Position numbers and translations under genes: made by a program
DNA from: Botryllus schlosseri
Taxonomy: Eukaryota
Length of the DNA stretch: 64,000 nucleotides
Direction: 5' to 3'
Assembly (NCBI GenBank): GCA_051294905.1
Contig: CM119371.1
Coordinates: 7,752,001-7,816,000, forward strand
The notes under the pieces: generated by a model
What the model was told of the DNA's origin: nothing
Databases searched by the model: none
Seen by the model: only the letters and a program-made list of their open reading frames with translations
Part shown: piece by piece, positions 23,492 to 37,600 of the stretch
Layout: each line of letters opens with the position of its first letter
Numbering within the stretch: the stretch's first letter is position 1

Positions 23492-23802
23492 TAACGCGGC
23501 CGTCATAAAATGTAATGAGCCGCTGTACAGCAACACAATGCGTCCTGTGATCTGTGTCGACGTGTGTATGTCAGATGTATACCATTGCCCAGACGTAAAT
23601 CTGTTCGAGATTGAGCGTTTGCTTCGTGTATTGATGATTTGATAAGTTGCAAACGCTGTCGATGAAATTCTGGATGTAGTGGTGTTGCAATATAATGTGC
23701 CGAATGCATTGGATCTGTATTTACGTCTGAGTTGAGCCGTAACCTAGTTTAAAGTGCGACACTGCGGTATCTCGGAACCTGCAGTCTGCTGCGGGGCTGG
23801 AA

Positions 23803-24149
23803 TAGGGCTGTTCAAAATAACTTTTTTTTCTTGGATTCCAGCCATTCACTGATTAAATTGTCAGGTTACCCGAAAAAACGCTGCACACCAAATTTGGTTC
23901 AATTCTGACAAGTATAGGACTCCGCAGATCCAATTAAAATTTTTAAATATAAAAAATTGAAAAAAAATATTCAAATTTTTTTGCTAACCCCATCAAATTG
24001 TTGAGCTGTCTTCAAAGACGATGCAAAACAAATTCGACTCAATTCCGATCAGTAGAAGCGGAGTTATGTGAGTTTTTCGATGATAATCCTCGGATTATCC
24101 TTGATCGGTGGCTGGAATCCGGAGAAAGAGTTATTTTTTAACAGCCCTA
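23803..24149. mobile_element. Short member of the foldback TAGGG MITE family
   Basis: TIR TAGGGCTGTT(C/A)AAATAAC; TSD ggctggaa/ggctggat; most of the right arm is deleted relative to 42162-42780. Confidence 0.88.
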
Positions 24150-27100
24150 GGCTGGATATGTTAGAGGAAAAGAAGTTCGAAAGCTGCAATGTAGCCCAGC
24201 GTTCAATTTACTGAGATGAGATGAGATGAGATGCATTACATAACGACCACATACCTATTCATAATTAACGGCCATGTCTAACTGGTAAAATGGTTTTAAC
24301 GTCATAGTAAATGTTGAACAACACTACTGCAGCCTACCTGGTACCATCGAGCTCGAAGGGGGCTCAAAATTACTTCGAAAATCAACCTATACAACTTGGC
24401 ATTCTTCGCACGATTTGAGTAATTTAATGTATACTTTTTCATGTGGGTATCCGCATAGCGATCCAAGAAAAAAATACGCATCACGTATAAAAAAAGCACC
24501 CACCATTACCTCTTCAAGACGCACAAGACTGTTGAATATCAGCCAACATGAGACTTCGTGAAGTGAGTTACCAAATATAACCTTAGCCGGAAACTACATC
24601 TCCATGTTGGCCGAAATATATACAGGCATGATTACCTTTGACATATCGGGAACCAATTACCAACACTTCCTAATATATGATTTTGAGAATGCCAAAAATA
24701 AGGCATTTTGAAAATATTCATTTAATGACCAATAGATACATACAGTATACAAAAATCGTGATCGAAAAATAGAAGTGTTTCGCTACTGACCAACTTCCGA
24801 CTATTAGCCTACCCAACTAACTGCGGGCCACAAAACGGTAGGCCTAACTAGCGGGACCTAGCATGGACGGACAAGCCTCCCGTAGATTATGGAATGTGAT
24901 TTGCTAACAGCCAGGTAAAATTCATTCAAATTCTTTTGAAAAAATAGCTTTGAATTTTAAATGAGGATTTTCGTCAATCAATTAGCTGCTCTTCTACATT
25001 AAAAATTGATGAGTTTATTCGGAATTGAATCTAGTTTGATGTGTTTCAGTTAGTTAGTTGCAGATTTATTTCTAGTTGTGGATCTCGTTGCGGATTTTAC
25101 AAAGGCAGTAGTGCTTAGTCCAGTTCTAGTTGCGCATTATGCAAATCCAGCGGTTTGTACAATGATTGATTGAGTGATCAGGGCAAGTACACAAAATCTA
25201 CTTGAATAATCCGAAAAGTAACGTACTTCGCTATTGACCTCCTCAGATTATATATAATGCTGAAATATTCGATTCGGAAGTATACTGGAATTTTACATGG
25301 TATAATGTTTCGTATATTTGATAACTGCTTCATTATACTGCGTATAATTCCATCCCTAGATAGGCTATACCATATGCCTATGCGTATGCGGTTAAAGGCG
25401 AATCTTATTCGACCAGGAACGCGACAGTATACCGTATCAATCACGTTCGAAGTTATTCATATCTTTTGTGTATTCGTCAGTATTGTCGTGTTTAGTTTGA
25501 AATGTGTGGAATATTTTCCGTGACAATGAACAGAAATATTTCATGCCAACTTGTCTGGCCGCGCTTCCTTCCTCTTCGAATATAGATATAACGCACGGCT
25601 TTATAGTCCTTTTAGGCCATGCGAGGATCGCAAAACCGCATTGTTTCCTTGCCGGTTGTTTTGAATGTGACCCGATATACATACCGGGAATACTAGCTAG
25701 ACTACTGTGTATCATGCATTACGGAATAATAATGCGAAATAAGCTTAAGTAGGCGAAGTCTTTGTGTGTTTTCTGAAGTATACGTTCGAAATGAGTTATA
25801 GTGACGTAATTGGTACTAACAGGGGCAGGGAAATTGTAACATACACTTTATTAGCAAGGTTACAACATTAATAGTGTACATTGACATATGCGCAAATTAA
25901 ATTTTATCTGAAACATGTTACTTGGTAATTAGAGATCGAATGGATAATCCTAGCCTGATGGTCGATATTTCCAATATGACATATACATGTAGCCTATAGC
26001 TGGTCAGTAGTCATAAGTAGGACTGTGCTACTGTGCATATGGACTTGAGTAGGCTAATCGAATCCGAATGGAGTATAATAGTTGTAAAGATATGTGTCTG
26101 GTAGTGAGAGACAATTTTTGTGCTAACTGAAATTAAATTTACGTATCCGCTGTCAGTTATTTTATCAGCGAGAATTATAATTTCGATACTTCCGTGGAAA
26201 CCAACCATCCAAGCATCCGAAACATGCAGCAAAATGCGACGGCGCAACTTAGCGGAGGTGACCTCTCTGTGACATGGAGATTGATCATCTGCGTTGTCGT
26301 AACTTGCGGTCGCGGGAATTTATATTTTAGAATATTCCAAACCATTCATGCTGTCATGAAGCAATAATGAGCAGTACTGGAATTCTTGAGTCGACTCGAA
26401 GCGTAGTCCTCGATTTGGAATCAACCCCTATAGTACTCGATTTTGCTGAGCCGTAATCAGAACGTATGGAGATATCAGCGAGATGAGTAGCCAATGTCGT
26501 TAAATGCGATTGCCCAAACAGTTTTTCCATCGAAATCTCTATAATTTAAACGCGTATCACATGGCCTATCACTATAAAATACTCAATCAGATTCGATGCG
26601 ATTTGAATCATATGAATACGCCGGAAAAAACATGCAATTCTGACCGCGCTGTAAGGCGTACTTTTGACGTGACCTTACTCATTTCAGTGCGTAGCTTAGG
26701 TCACCGTTCGTGAGCTTACGCTGTCATATCCGCGCAAGAAGGGTGTTGATACATTGCTGCAGTTTCAATTCACAGTTACAATTAGATTGGATGGCTGCCC
26801 TGATGTAGCCTACTAATCAGGCGTGGTCAAAATATTCAACTTTGATACCCAAAGAAATTGAAGTAATGTCCTAAATTCCTACTCAACTAAAAGTAGAAAT
26901 GGCAATTCCCGAAACATGCCCAAACTACTTCGAGAAGAAATAGAAAATGAGTACTTTATTTTAAAAGAGTAGATTTGGTCGATTAGTGTCAAACTGTTAG
27001 CAATAAATCGTCGGTGGCCACTCTGAAAATTACAGGGTGCATCCACTCGACTAACGCAAATGAACTGATGACACGATAAACAGGCACAGTTTTCGATAGT

Positions 27101-28615
27101 ATATTCAGTTACCGTGATACGGGCTATTTCGCTTACTTGATATGAAACTTTGACTCATAAAAACGATACGGACATATCGCGAAACTACTCTTCCCCTTAC
27201 AAATCCAAACTGCGAAAATCAATTAGTTTTTTTCCAAAAAAACTGTTGCAGTAGATTTTGAAAGTGTCTAAATCATGAAGACAATATATGACTTGCCAGG
27301 ATTGTGTACGGAAAGTAGCCTAACATTAGAAAACTCTCGCGACGCGACTAAAAGAGATAATAGCACCTGTCGCCGCCTGCCAAAACGACAGACACTAGAG
27401 CTTCATTATCTTCCCTGGAACACCGATTTATGGACGCTACCATACAAAGTCTCTGTAGGCCTAAGGAAAATTCGGATGGATAAAAATCGCATTGTTGACA
27501 CTGATTGTCGGAATTAGCATGCATCCAGAAGGTTTTATAGGGTTCTCTGCTATTTTAATTACCAGTCCTGTTACATAGCAGTATTAAATTGCACCCTTTG
27601 CCTTTTAGTCTACGCCCCCGTCTGCATAGGATATTTTCAGAACAGCAATCACGATTCCGATCAGGCTTGAAGCTATATATAACATGTCACTCGTGACTAA
27701 AAAAAATCAACAATAACTCAAATCATACGAGTCGTGACGATGTGACTGGAGCGAAATGTATATTTTAATAAAGTATTTTATAACAACATGAATGCTTGAA
27801 ATAAAATAAGTACTTGATACTAGTAGTCGTTCAGGGACAGAAAACATGCGTTTGAATGGCAAGATATTTATACTCGTGTAGTAAAAACGTTAAAAATAGT
27901 CTTCCGACAATTCATCGAAGCAGTAGGCCTACTAAATTCCATAGCAGACTAGGGAGAAAAAGAAGATACTGAGAATGCCTTCAGGATACATTCGACCACA
28001 GATTCTAATCCGCATGATGGTCAGGCAGTCCATGAAATCGATGCAGTTTATATTTAGATGAGAGCGACCAGCAAAATTTAGTTAACGACGCAACAAAGCC
28101 AGAGCACTTTAGGCAGAAAATAAACTAACTGGATTGGAGAGGGGAGTTGAGAGCGAGAGTGGTTGGACGAGGAGAAAAATGAATGACGGAAGGAAGAGTT
28201 TCGATTGCAAATCAGATATTTCAAGTTGAATTGATCCAAGGAGAATAGGATCAATCCAGAATGATATAAACATATAAATTTCAACGAAATTTGATGTTTT
28301 TCCAATTATCGAAATCGACTAAACCACTGTGGTCCTTTTACATCAATGCGATATTCTTTTTTGTTCCGCCTCTGCATACTTGTAACACGGCCGTAAATCA
28401 GTAGCTGTAGTTTGAGAAATGTTTTACTTGAATGTGATAACCATTTACTGTTGTAAAACTGTGCAAATCCCCAGCTCTTCTTTTTGCGTTTTCGACTTGG
28501 CTTTGACTAGTTGACAGTGACCTGTCAACTTGGAACTATGCTTGCTTTGCTTAATATTCACATTCTCATTGCAGCCATAGCGTCGTGTTGCATATATTCG
28601 TTAGGCATTTTCACA

Positions 28616-28653
28616 ATGGCAACCACGTTCGTAACGCAGATGTTATTATCAAC
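28616..28653 (+). CDS. GPCR exon 1 (MATTFVTQMLLST)
   Basis: ATG in acaATGG context; AC|gtaagt donor, phase 2, matches the next exon. Confidence 0.65.
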
Positions 28654-31600
28654 GTAAGTTACATTGCCGTGTGTGTCGCAGGTCTAGGTGCTATGCTACA
28701 CGCAGAATTGTCGATCTGAACCCTCCATTTGGTTGTTGTTGATAGTGTACTATGACTCTTATACCTTATCGCCACGTTTACAGGGATGATTGGGATGGTT
28801 ACTGCCAGGTTTTGCGTATTTTGGTTCTTGAATATCATTGTTACTGTCTTGATAGCTTGATAAACATCCACCTTTGTTCTGCAAAAGGTTGTGTCTTAGG
28901 AGTTTTACCGTAAACCGCACCGTCCTGAATAATCTGGAAGCTACGTAACCTTAATACATACAAAATACTGGTTGTTGTTTGTTGTTTCTTTCAAGCTCAT
29001 CTCTTATGACTACAGGTTGGAAAATACAGCTTCCAACGAAACCACACTGTCTTGGCGACGTCCGTTTGACGACGTCAGAGTGGGCGCTGTGGCTGGACTT
29101 CTGATTTCTTTAATGATCTTGGGATTTTTCGGTAATCTATTGACGATATGCGTTATTTTGACATCCAAAAAGCTCAGGTGGGTGTTATTTGGAAACCACT
29201 GTAGGATATTCAACTGATTCTCGGATTATCTCTGAACAACTATCTCCGATGATTTGCGAGAAAAATATAAACAGTGAAGGTCGAAGTGGAAGTAGTCTTA
29301 AATAATAACCACTTCATTCTGTAATGCAAGTAAGAAAAAAACTACTTAATTAGTTTGAAAAGTTGTTGCTCAAGTTGTCCTCCTTGGTACTCAAATACAA
29401 GTAGCGATTTTCAAAGTAACTATTAGAAACCTACTTTTGCCTGTAGAAATAGAAGTGGAAATAGATTACAAAGGTTCCCCTCTTCTTCGAATCTAAGAAT
29501 ATGGCAACCTTACTCTACCTGCAAGCATCATATGAATTAAAATGCTTTATGAGGTAATCCGCGCTTTCTCCGTTTAGAAACATTTTCAACCAATTCATTC
29601 TAAGTCTGTGTTTCTCCGATCTCATATCTGCCTGCATCAGTTGGGTCAATCTATACAGGTGGACGTGGGGTTTTGACGACTTCGCCCTGCCCAATTTCTT
29701 TTGCTGGGTGAGTAGCAACGGTCGACCTTCCAGTGAAAGAGAGACGATGAGAACTAATTTGTCAACCGTGCCAATCAATAACATACATAACATAAATGCA
29801 ACTGAGAAAAATGTGGTATGCAGATCAGAGTTTGATCAATTACAATAATTCAGTTCAATTACAATTACAATTACAATTACTCATTTGCATGTTTCAATAA
29901 CATTACAATTACAATTACACTAAATAGAAATGCTTCAATCAAATTACAATTACAATTACATGAAAAAATATAACTAATTATATTCAGCTCAAATACAAAT
30001 TACAATTGATCCAACTCTGATGAAGATAAGCGACATATAGGCGGAAGGCTCGATATAACAGGATAATCTAAGCCGAGCGATGTACTGCTGTATTCATTAG
30101 ACGTCTGTGGATATATGGGCATGTGACAAAATATATTGCAGCACTTCAGCATGCGACACTTTAGCATGTGGGTTAAAGTTTCGTTTAGGGTTTAGTTTGC
30201 ATAAACGTTAATTTCTGGGTTGAAATTGGGGTTATAAAGTCGCATGCCCAAGTGCTGTTTTCAACTGTATTTCATGCTCAGAAATTGGGCAGTATACCGG
30301 TTTTCGTCCGTCGAATTTTTCGAGAAAATGATAAAACATAAATTATATTCATATGGATAGAAACCCGAATATTTTCGACTGAAGCTCGTTAGTGATAATC
30401 GCCAGCAAATATCACATGATTGACTGAGAAGAACATTGCATACGAACTGTCGCATCACCAAATATGACATCACCTGCATGAAAATTCCAGTAATCGAGGC
30501 GAGGAGATGGCACAATGTATGCTACTACTATCTTTAGGTTATTTCCGATCTCCTTCTGTTGGCACAGACTAGGTAGGTAGATTTTGATAAAACTCGACTA
30601 CAATTCAATGGCATAGGGCCTACTCAGTTTCTGTACCTCCAAGAATATCCTCATAAATAAAATATTTCACCGTTTACAGTTCTACTGGGGAGCCGACGTC
30701 TGCACGTCGTACGTGACCGCAATGCATATCTTGAGCTTTGCGATTCTTCGCCTCATATCGGTCTGGAAACCGTTCGTCTTTACTCGAATTACCGTGGTTC
30801 ACGGACGGGTGAGTCACGAATTCGTATCTTTACTACTGGGCCCAGTGTGACCGTTGTGATAAATTGTATACCGCGGTACAAATACTGTGGCCCTTTCACT
30901 GATTTTAGAGCCTATGAAGCAGTGTATTTGCTTGCAAAAGAGCAGGTCAGTAACAGCACTTTGCTTTCTCCCCCAAAGAAAACACTGGTTGTGGGCCGTA
31001 ATAGGGCTTTCAACCCAACTTATTGAGTACTACACGCCCCGACCCACATTTTCGACACGTGATTGTCTCGTCACTGCACTTTACACATACGATTCACAAG
31101 CACAAACACTCTTTTCGTAGCGATCGAGTCCGGTATTACGCGATTCCCGAATAGGTAACGGTGGACGCACGACTCATCTCTTTAGTTGTATTAGCTTGGC
31201 ATTTGCTTTCTAATCACGCGATACGCGAATATCGTTAAAATAAATTGAGGAATCTTGTCAATAATATCGGTAGTTGTTATTGGCATGCATTACTGCTGGT
31301 TTCTCATCCTCTTTCCGCCCAAGTGATTAGATTTGCCGATAAAACTGGTGGTTGTAACACATAATTATGCATCTTATTTTCTCATAATTGCGAATTTCCT
31401 AAAATCATGCATGTTTTTATTATTAACAGTCATTTAGGGAGGGAGGTACCTTATTAAAACCAAGACATCTAACTACACCAAATCCTGTAAAGCGCAAAAT
31501 ATTCAAGTTGAATATATATATCCTTTTTATTGAATTGTTACGTCATACTTTGCCAATTTGGTTTTCGATTGAATCTGTTTCTGTAAGCTTGTTATTGTGC

Positions 31601-34600
31601 CGTTATCTCTTGATAAGGGTGGCACGAAAAGTCTTTGATTTTATATATTCTTTAATGCAATGAATGTAGTTTTGAGAGCCATACTCAAGTTCAGTACCGT
31701 CAGCCATATATTCAAATATGTATGCATAAACGTATTCTATTCTATGTTGATTTGCGAAAATATCATGTCACATTTCCCTGCGTGCCCCCGCTCGAATGGA
31801 TGGTTTGGAGCAGGGCATAGTATGGTATGGTATGGAACGAGAATTTTCCATACTCCATACTTGCCTTACTCTCTCCATACCATACTTGCAATTTTCCATA
31901 CCATACCAACATTGTTCCATACCATACTTGATACGTATTCCATACTTTCAAATACTTGAATATCATAAGTATATTTCCTTTTCTAGCACCTATATTATTG
32001 ATATTTCGGATGTCATTATTGCTTAAACTAACCATGATGCGTATCTAATTCCTGGTAATAGTTTTACATAGTCTGTTTTGGTGAGGTTTAGTCCACGGTG
32101 GTGCGGTGCCGTGTAAGTCTACTCTACAGCTTCCGCGAGCGAAATGAGATAGTCAGCAGATTGTTATCTAGGACCGTCCATAAACAGGACGGGTAACATA
32201 CTGCCCGCGGGCCGAGATTTTGTCCGGCCCGCGGACAGTTTCCCGTCTTACATGATAATGTGACCCGCGGCCCCAGTCAGCCGAGATCCCCACCACTTGC
32301 TTAAACGTAAAATTTTAGTGACTGCGTATGTAATTATGGGTGTGCGCACTGCGCAGCGTGCGAGAGTGGAGCTTACGCGTAAGTTCGTCGAAGCGAGAAG
32401 ACTTGCATTATCGGCATTTATGATGTACTCAACCCTAATGAATTTATATCTTGGTAAATTTTGGGTACCGGACTTATGAAACGCTTTGAAATCCTAATTA
32501 AGGATTGTATCGTGAGTTAGTTGATTAGAGAGAAGCAGACATGGCCGCGCCTGTATGACAATGCTGTTCTGAAATCCACATTGTATTGTCATTATCGGCG
32601 AGAAATGGCTTGGAAGTGACATTGCTGTCGATAAAATACATTCATTAACTACGATTTATTCCTTGAATATATGCGCGAATAATGTATACATTCAGCAATC
32701 CGGCTTGTCAAGTACTTACTTTTCCTATATCCTGCCCACCGACTGGCGAAGTTGCCCGCCCCTGCTCCTTAAGAATGTAATCGCATTTCCGGTACATTGG
32801 CATGATGCACATGCAAGTTTGAAGTTAATACTCGCAAAATAGTTTATAATATAGGCGCACCCATAAAATATCCCAGCTACAGGCGATCAATACTGCAGCG
32901 ATCTGCCTGATTATTAGTACAGCATCTGGTTGGGGTTAGCGTGGCGAGAATTTCAAATCATGACTACCCCACTCCCTAATTTATAATCCTAATGCGAGAG
33001 CGTTTGAAATATGACCAATAAGATATCTCGGTATGCAAATAGTATAAATGTGCGGAGCGGACAATGTTTCAGAAGAAATGTAATTATCAATCGCATTGAG
33101 CAATTAGTACGTTGCATCATGATTGCTTGTGAGCTGTCGTCACCAGACTTGGACAACTAGAAAATTTTCAGCTTTTCTGAATTAGATTAGAATTAGAATT
33201 AGAGCTTCACGGTTTTTTCAAACTAGATTAGAATTAGAATTAGTGCTGCACAGTTTTTCCAAATAAGATTAGAATTAGAATTAGAGCTACTAAGCTTTTT
33301 TCAGATTAGATTAGAATTAGAATTAGAGCTATACTTAGTTCGCAAAAACTTGGAAATTAAATGAAATTGTATATGGGAAAGGAATATAGCAAAATGCAGT
33401 TCACATCAAATCACAGTGCGTGGTGCAAAAGGCGGTGAGGCGATAAGCGCCTCATATTTTTGTTTAATAAACAACAAGAACAAAAGTGCATTCCCATAAA
33501 CATGAGAAAGGTTAACTTCTGTAAACCAAGCTTGGCTCGATTTTTACTATACTTTAATAAAATATTACTTCTTTTATGGTAACCGTGGGCATCGTCCATG
33601 TTAGTCAGAATGGCGATGTACTAACGTAAAGTTTTAGAAACTAGAATGTTGTTCGCAGACTACAAGCTACTCTAGCAGGCTATATTCGTCATAATATCTA
33701 CTATATGACTGCACGGTGTAAGTTAGGCGATGGCGGGTTGGAACTGGATTTCCCTGCGCAAGCGGGATATTCTTTTTAAATCACTGCAATAGTGCAATAT
33801 GCCTCGGACAAAGAGGCATTTTCAGGAAAACAATAATTAGTTTAGAACTAGAATTAGAGAATACGGACATTTCACAAATTAGATTAGAATTAGAGCATAA
33901 GAACATTTCACAAATTAGATTAGAATTAGAATTAGAGCATGGAAGCATTTGACAAATTAGATTAGAATTAGATTACTGGCATTTCGCTCTAATTTAGTGA
34001 AATTAGACAACTAGATTTATCTAGTTGTCCAAGTCTGGTCGTCACTCAAGGAATGAGGTATAGTTGGAGTTGCCTACATTACCAATTATTGCGTCACATG
34101 ATAGACTATGCTCGGAGACGTCGTGTCTAGACTCAATAGAATATCAGATCAACATTACTGTTGTCATTATTATATCACAAAATCATGTTATTCCAAGTGC
34201 TCCTAAAACCGTTGCACTAGCGCAGGGGCGGGCAATATACCGCCCGCGGGCCGGATCCGGCCCGCGAAGGGATTTTGTCCGGCCCGCGGACAATTTTCCG
34301 TCTTACATGATAATGTGGCCCGCGGCCCCAGTCTGCCGAGACTCTCTTGCTACGTCAAATTTCAGTGACTGTATGTTATTATATGCGTGTATGCGCAGCG
34401 TTGCGAGGGTGGAGCTTACGCGTAAGTTCGTCGAAGCGAGAAGACTTACATTATCGGCATTAACGATGCACTCAACCCTATTGTCGTCTGTGGTAATCAT
34501 GATTTTTGTTGACTACAATGGTCATTTACACCAGGCTGATATTTCATATTTTTAATTCCGTGACCGCCGACTTGTAGCACGGCTTGATTCTAGCCTTTTT

Positions 34601-37600
34601 GCACCGCATATGCCAGGGGTCGCTAACTCAAAACGGGTCGCAGGCCACCTTTCAAATTTCGTAGAGGACGCGGGCCGCATGAATTCAATATCGAGATCAA
34701 TTAGGTCACACAGTTGAACAACAACGCTATCCCGTCACCTACTCAACCCTAATGAATTGATATCTTGGTAAGTTAAGGTTACCGGGCTTATCGAACGCCT
34801 TGAAATCTTAATTAGGGATTGCACCGTGTGTTGATTGATCAGATAGAAGCAGACATGGCGGCGCCTGTATGACAATGTTATTCTCAAATACACATTGTCG
34901 TCGCCATTAGGTGCGAGAAATGACTTTGAAGTGACATTGCTGTCGTTAAAATACATTCATTAAATACGATTTATTCCTTGCATATGCGGATAAATGGGCG
35001 AATAATGTATCGATACATCAATCCGGCCCGCCAAGTACTTAATTTTCCTAAATCCGGCCCGCCGACTGGAGAAGTTGCCCGCCCCTGCACTAGCGCGTAT
35101 TTGTACCTACACAGCGTTCAATAGTTCAATTTCACACATAACAAAAGCGATCGTATTCCGTGAGCAGCGATCAACGTACGCTTCAAGATGCTTGCACACA
35201 TCACGATAAAATGTATGAAACAGCAAAGTATGGAAGTATGGAAATGTCGTTCCATACCATAGATTAAAATCTTCCATTCCATACCATACTTCCATACCAT
35301 ACCATACCATACCATGCCCTGGTTTGGAGTGAGGCAGGTCCTCGAAATGAGTCAATTATTACATCACATTTATAATATTTATACTCTCGCATGGGCACCA
35401 TCACTAAATGCACTTGGATGTAACCGACATGTGCGCTAAAGTTGCTCCGTCTAATTCTACAGATATGGATTCTTGTCATGTGGATGATCGGCTTTATGTG
35501 CGGGTTTATCCCGTTCGCGTATCTCAGCGGCGCGTCTACACCAGATAGAAGCGATTTGTTGAGTGCAACTGCGGGATGGCCCGCTTGCACGCAAAAGTTG
35601 GAGACGTAAGTGTCTGGCTATAGGGTGTCGACATTGAGTGGTCTGTGTTAGTGATAATAACCCCGATATATTAAGCGGATATTCATAAGATATGAATCTA
35701 GCTCGAAGTGCGTCTCCTGAATTGCATATCATTCATCACAACATATATACAGCCAATTGCTATTCTTGGCCACGCAATAAATTAAAAAGGCCACATATTG
35801 ACACCTGTAAGCTATGGGAAATATTTCAACATTCCTAGTCAATCTTGAACACATATTATAGTTCTCTGACTTTTATTACCATGTTCCGAGTGAGCAGTTG
35901 CTACTAGTGGCAGCCTACATTCTCAAATTGAGATGTGATGTTAGAAGGTATCGTCGAATGACATGCATTTTCGATTGTGAATTATGAGATGATACACATG
36001 AGATGATTACACGTGTCGGATTCGCGACGAAATAAAAATCGACATGCTAGAGTACCGCGCTCTACAAACTGATCATTATAATCGAATATACCCCAGTGTT
36101 GAGATGACTCGAGTCATGACTTGACTCGAGTCAGACTCGAGTCAACTTTTTCGTATGACTTGACTTGACTCGAGTCACTTTGGGAAAATGACTTGACTTG
36201 ACTTGACTCGGAGCTTCAAAAATGGGCATTGACTCGTGACTCGGAGTAAAATTTACGAGTCAATTTCATGTCATCAAGTAAACACTGTCGAATAAATCAC
36301 TGTATCTTGTGCATGTTCGGATTGATCGAGATACGCCGGTGTCACTTGGGAGAGTAACCAGTCATTAACTGATTCTATGTTACACTGATCCTCCATTCTT
36401 ACATCACAAATAAACTGACCGAAAACTAAACGATCACAGCTTACGTTGTCGAAGTAGTAGGAGAAGATTAATCTAAATAGAAATGTGCCTCTGTTTCTTA
36501 GACGGCTCAATGCTTACCTTGCGCAGTGCTCATATTTACCAACCCTTTTATATGATTTAAATCGAACAAATATATATAGTTTGTGCGTTCATATTCTCAC
36601 GGATGTGTAGACGGGTAGTGTAGGCTATTGTACCATATCAATTTGTTTCAACTTCTCGAAGCTTCGCATTAGGTCCTATATTTTGGATGATAATAACTGA
36701 CTGTATCATGTAGCTGTACAACTCCCGTATTTTATTAGCAGTTCTACGTGTGCGTGAGGGATACAGCGTCTTTTTGCATGCATATTTAGCCAGATATTCG
36801 TTATTTGATTCAAGATAAATGATCAATTAATCTGTCTTTCACACAGCTAGCAAAATGTAATGACTTTGATTCATCACTCGTACGTCAAAAACTCAATTTG
36901 ACTTGAATTGTGACTTGACTCGTGACTTGACTTGACTTGACTCGACTTGACTCGAGTCACCTCCAAAAAACGAGTGACTTGACCTGACTCGAGTCACCTT
37001 TAAAAATCGGTTGACTTGACTTGACTCGAGTCAAAATCTGCAATGACTCGAGATGACTCGTGACTCGAAGGTAGTGACTTGATCCCAACACTGATATGCC
37101 CATCATCTCGAGGTCTTAGTCTATACTTGGACCAATTTGGGCGAATACCTCTGTCTTCAACGGGTTAAGATTCATTGATTCGCTATAAAAATAGCGCTTT
37201 CCCTCATCCATCTATATGAAGTTCAGCTGGGTAGGCATGCATGTCGCGGCTATTTTCTTCTCCCGAACAATCGGGGTGTCATCTTTATTATACTTTCCGG
37301 GGTTTGCCCAAAACGACATAATCTGAGTTTTCCGGACTAGAATCCTTCAGTACAAATTGATGATCCACATCACGTACCCTCTCTTCCTGTACGCGCCCTG
37401 CATCGGCATACTCCTCGTGTCAATCGCCACCATGACCGGGCTGCTAAGCAAGAGGCGCGAGAAAACCAAGAAGCGCACGATCTCAGTGGCTAGCGACGCC
37501 TGGAAACAGGAAAAGAAAGCTAAAAAGGAGAGGCAGGCAATCCTCCAACTTGTACTCATCGTAGGATCGTTCATGATTGGATACATTCCGTTTACAAGTA

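Larger units (their letters stand above)
31811..35321. mobile_element. hAT MITE with (TATGG)n/(CCATA)n arrays, expanded by three nested insertions
   Basis: TIR CAGGGCAT(A/G)GTATGG; perfect TSD gtttggag. Confidence 0.9.

Noticed and set aside
24889..24914. Alternative GPCR start exon MECDLLTA(R) with a phase-2 donor
   Set aside because: Frame-compatible, but the donor (gtaaaa) is weaker and it is 4 kb away; 28616-28653 has a consensus gtaagt donor. Cannot be excluded as an alternative first exon.
34064..34555. Longest ORF in the track (163 aa)
   Set aside because: Runs across a MITE boundary at 34223 and translates TIR/subterminal sequence.
33160..37080. Regularly spaced short repeats resembling a CRISPR array or telomeric tract
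   Set aside because: No constant repeat with unique spacers and no cas genes; the arrays lie within TIR/TSD-bounded MITEs.
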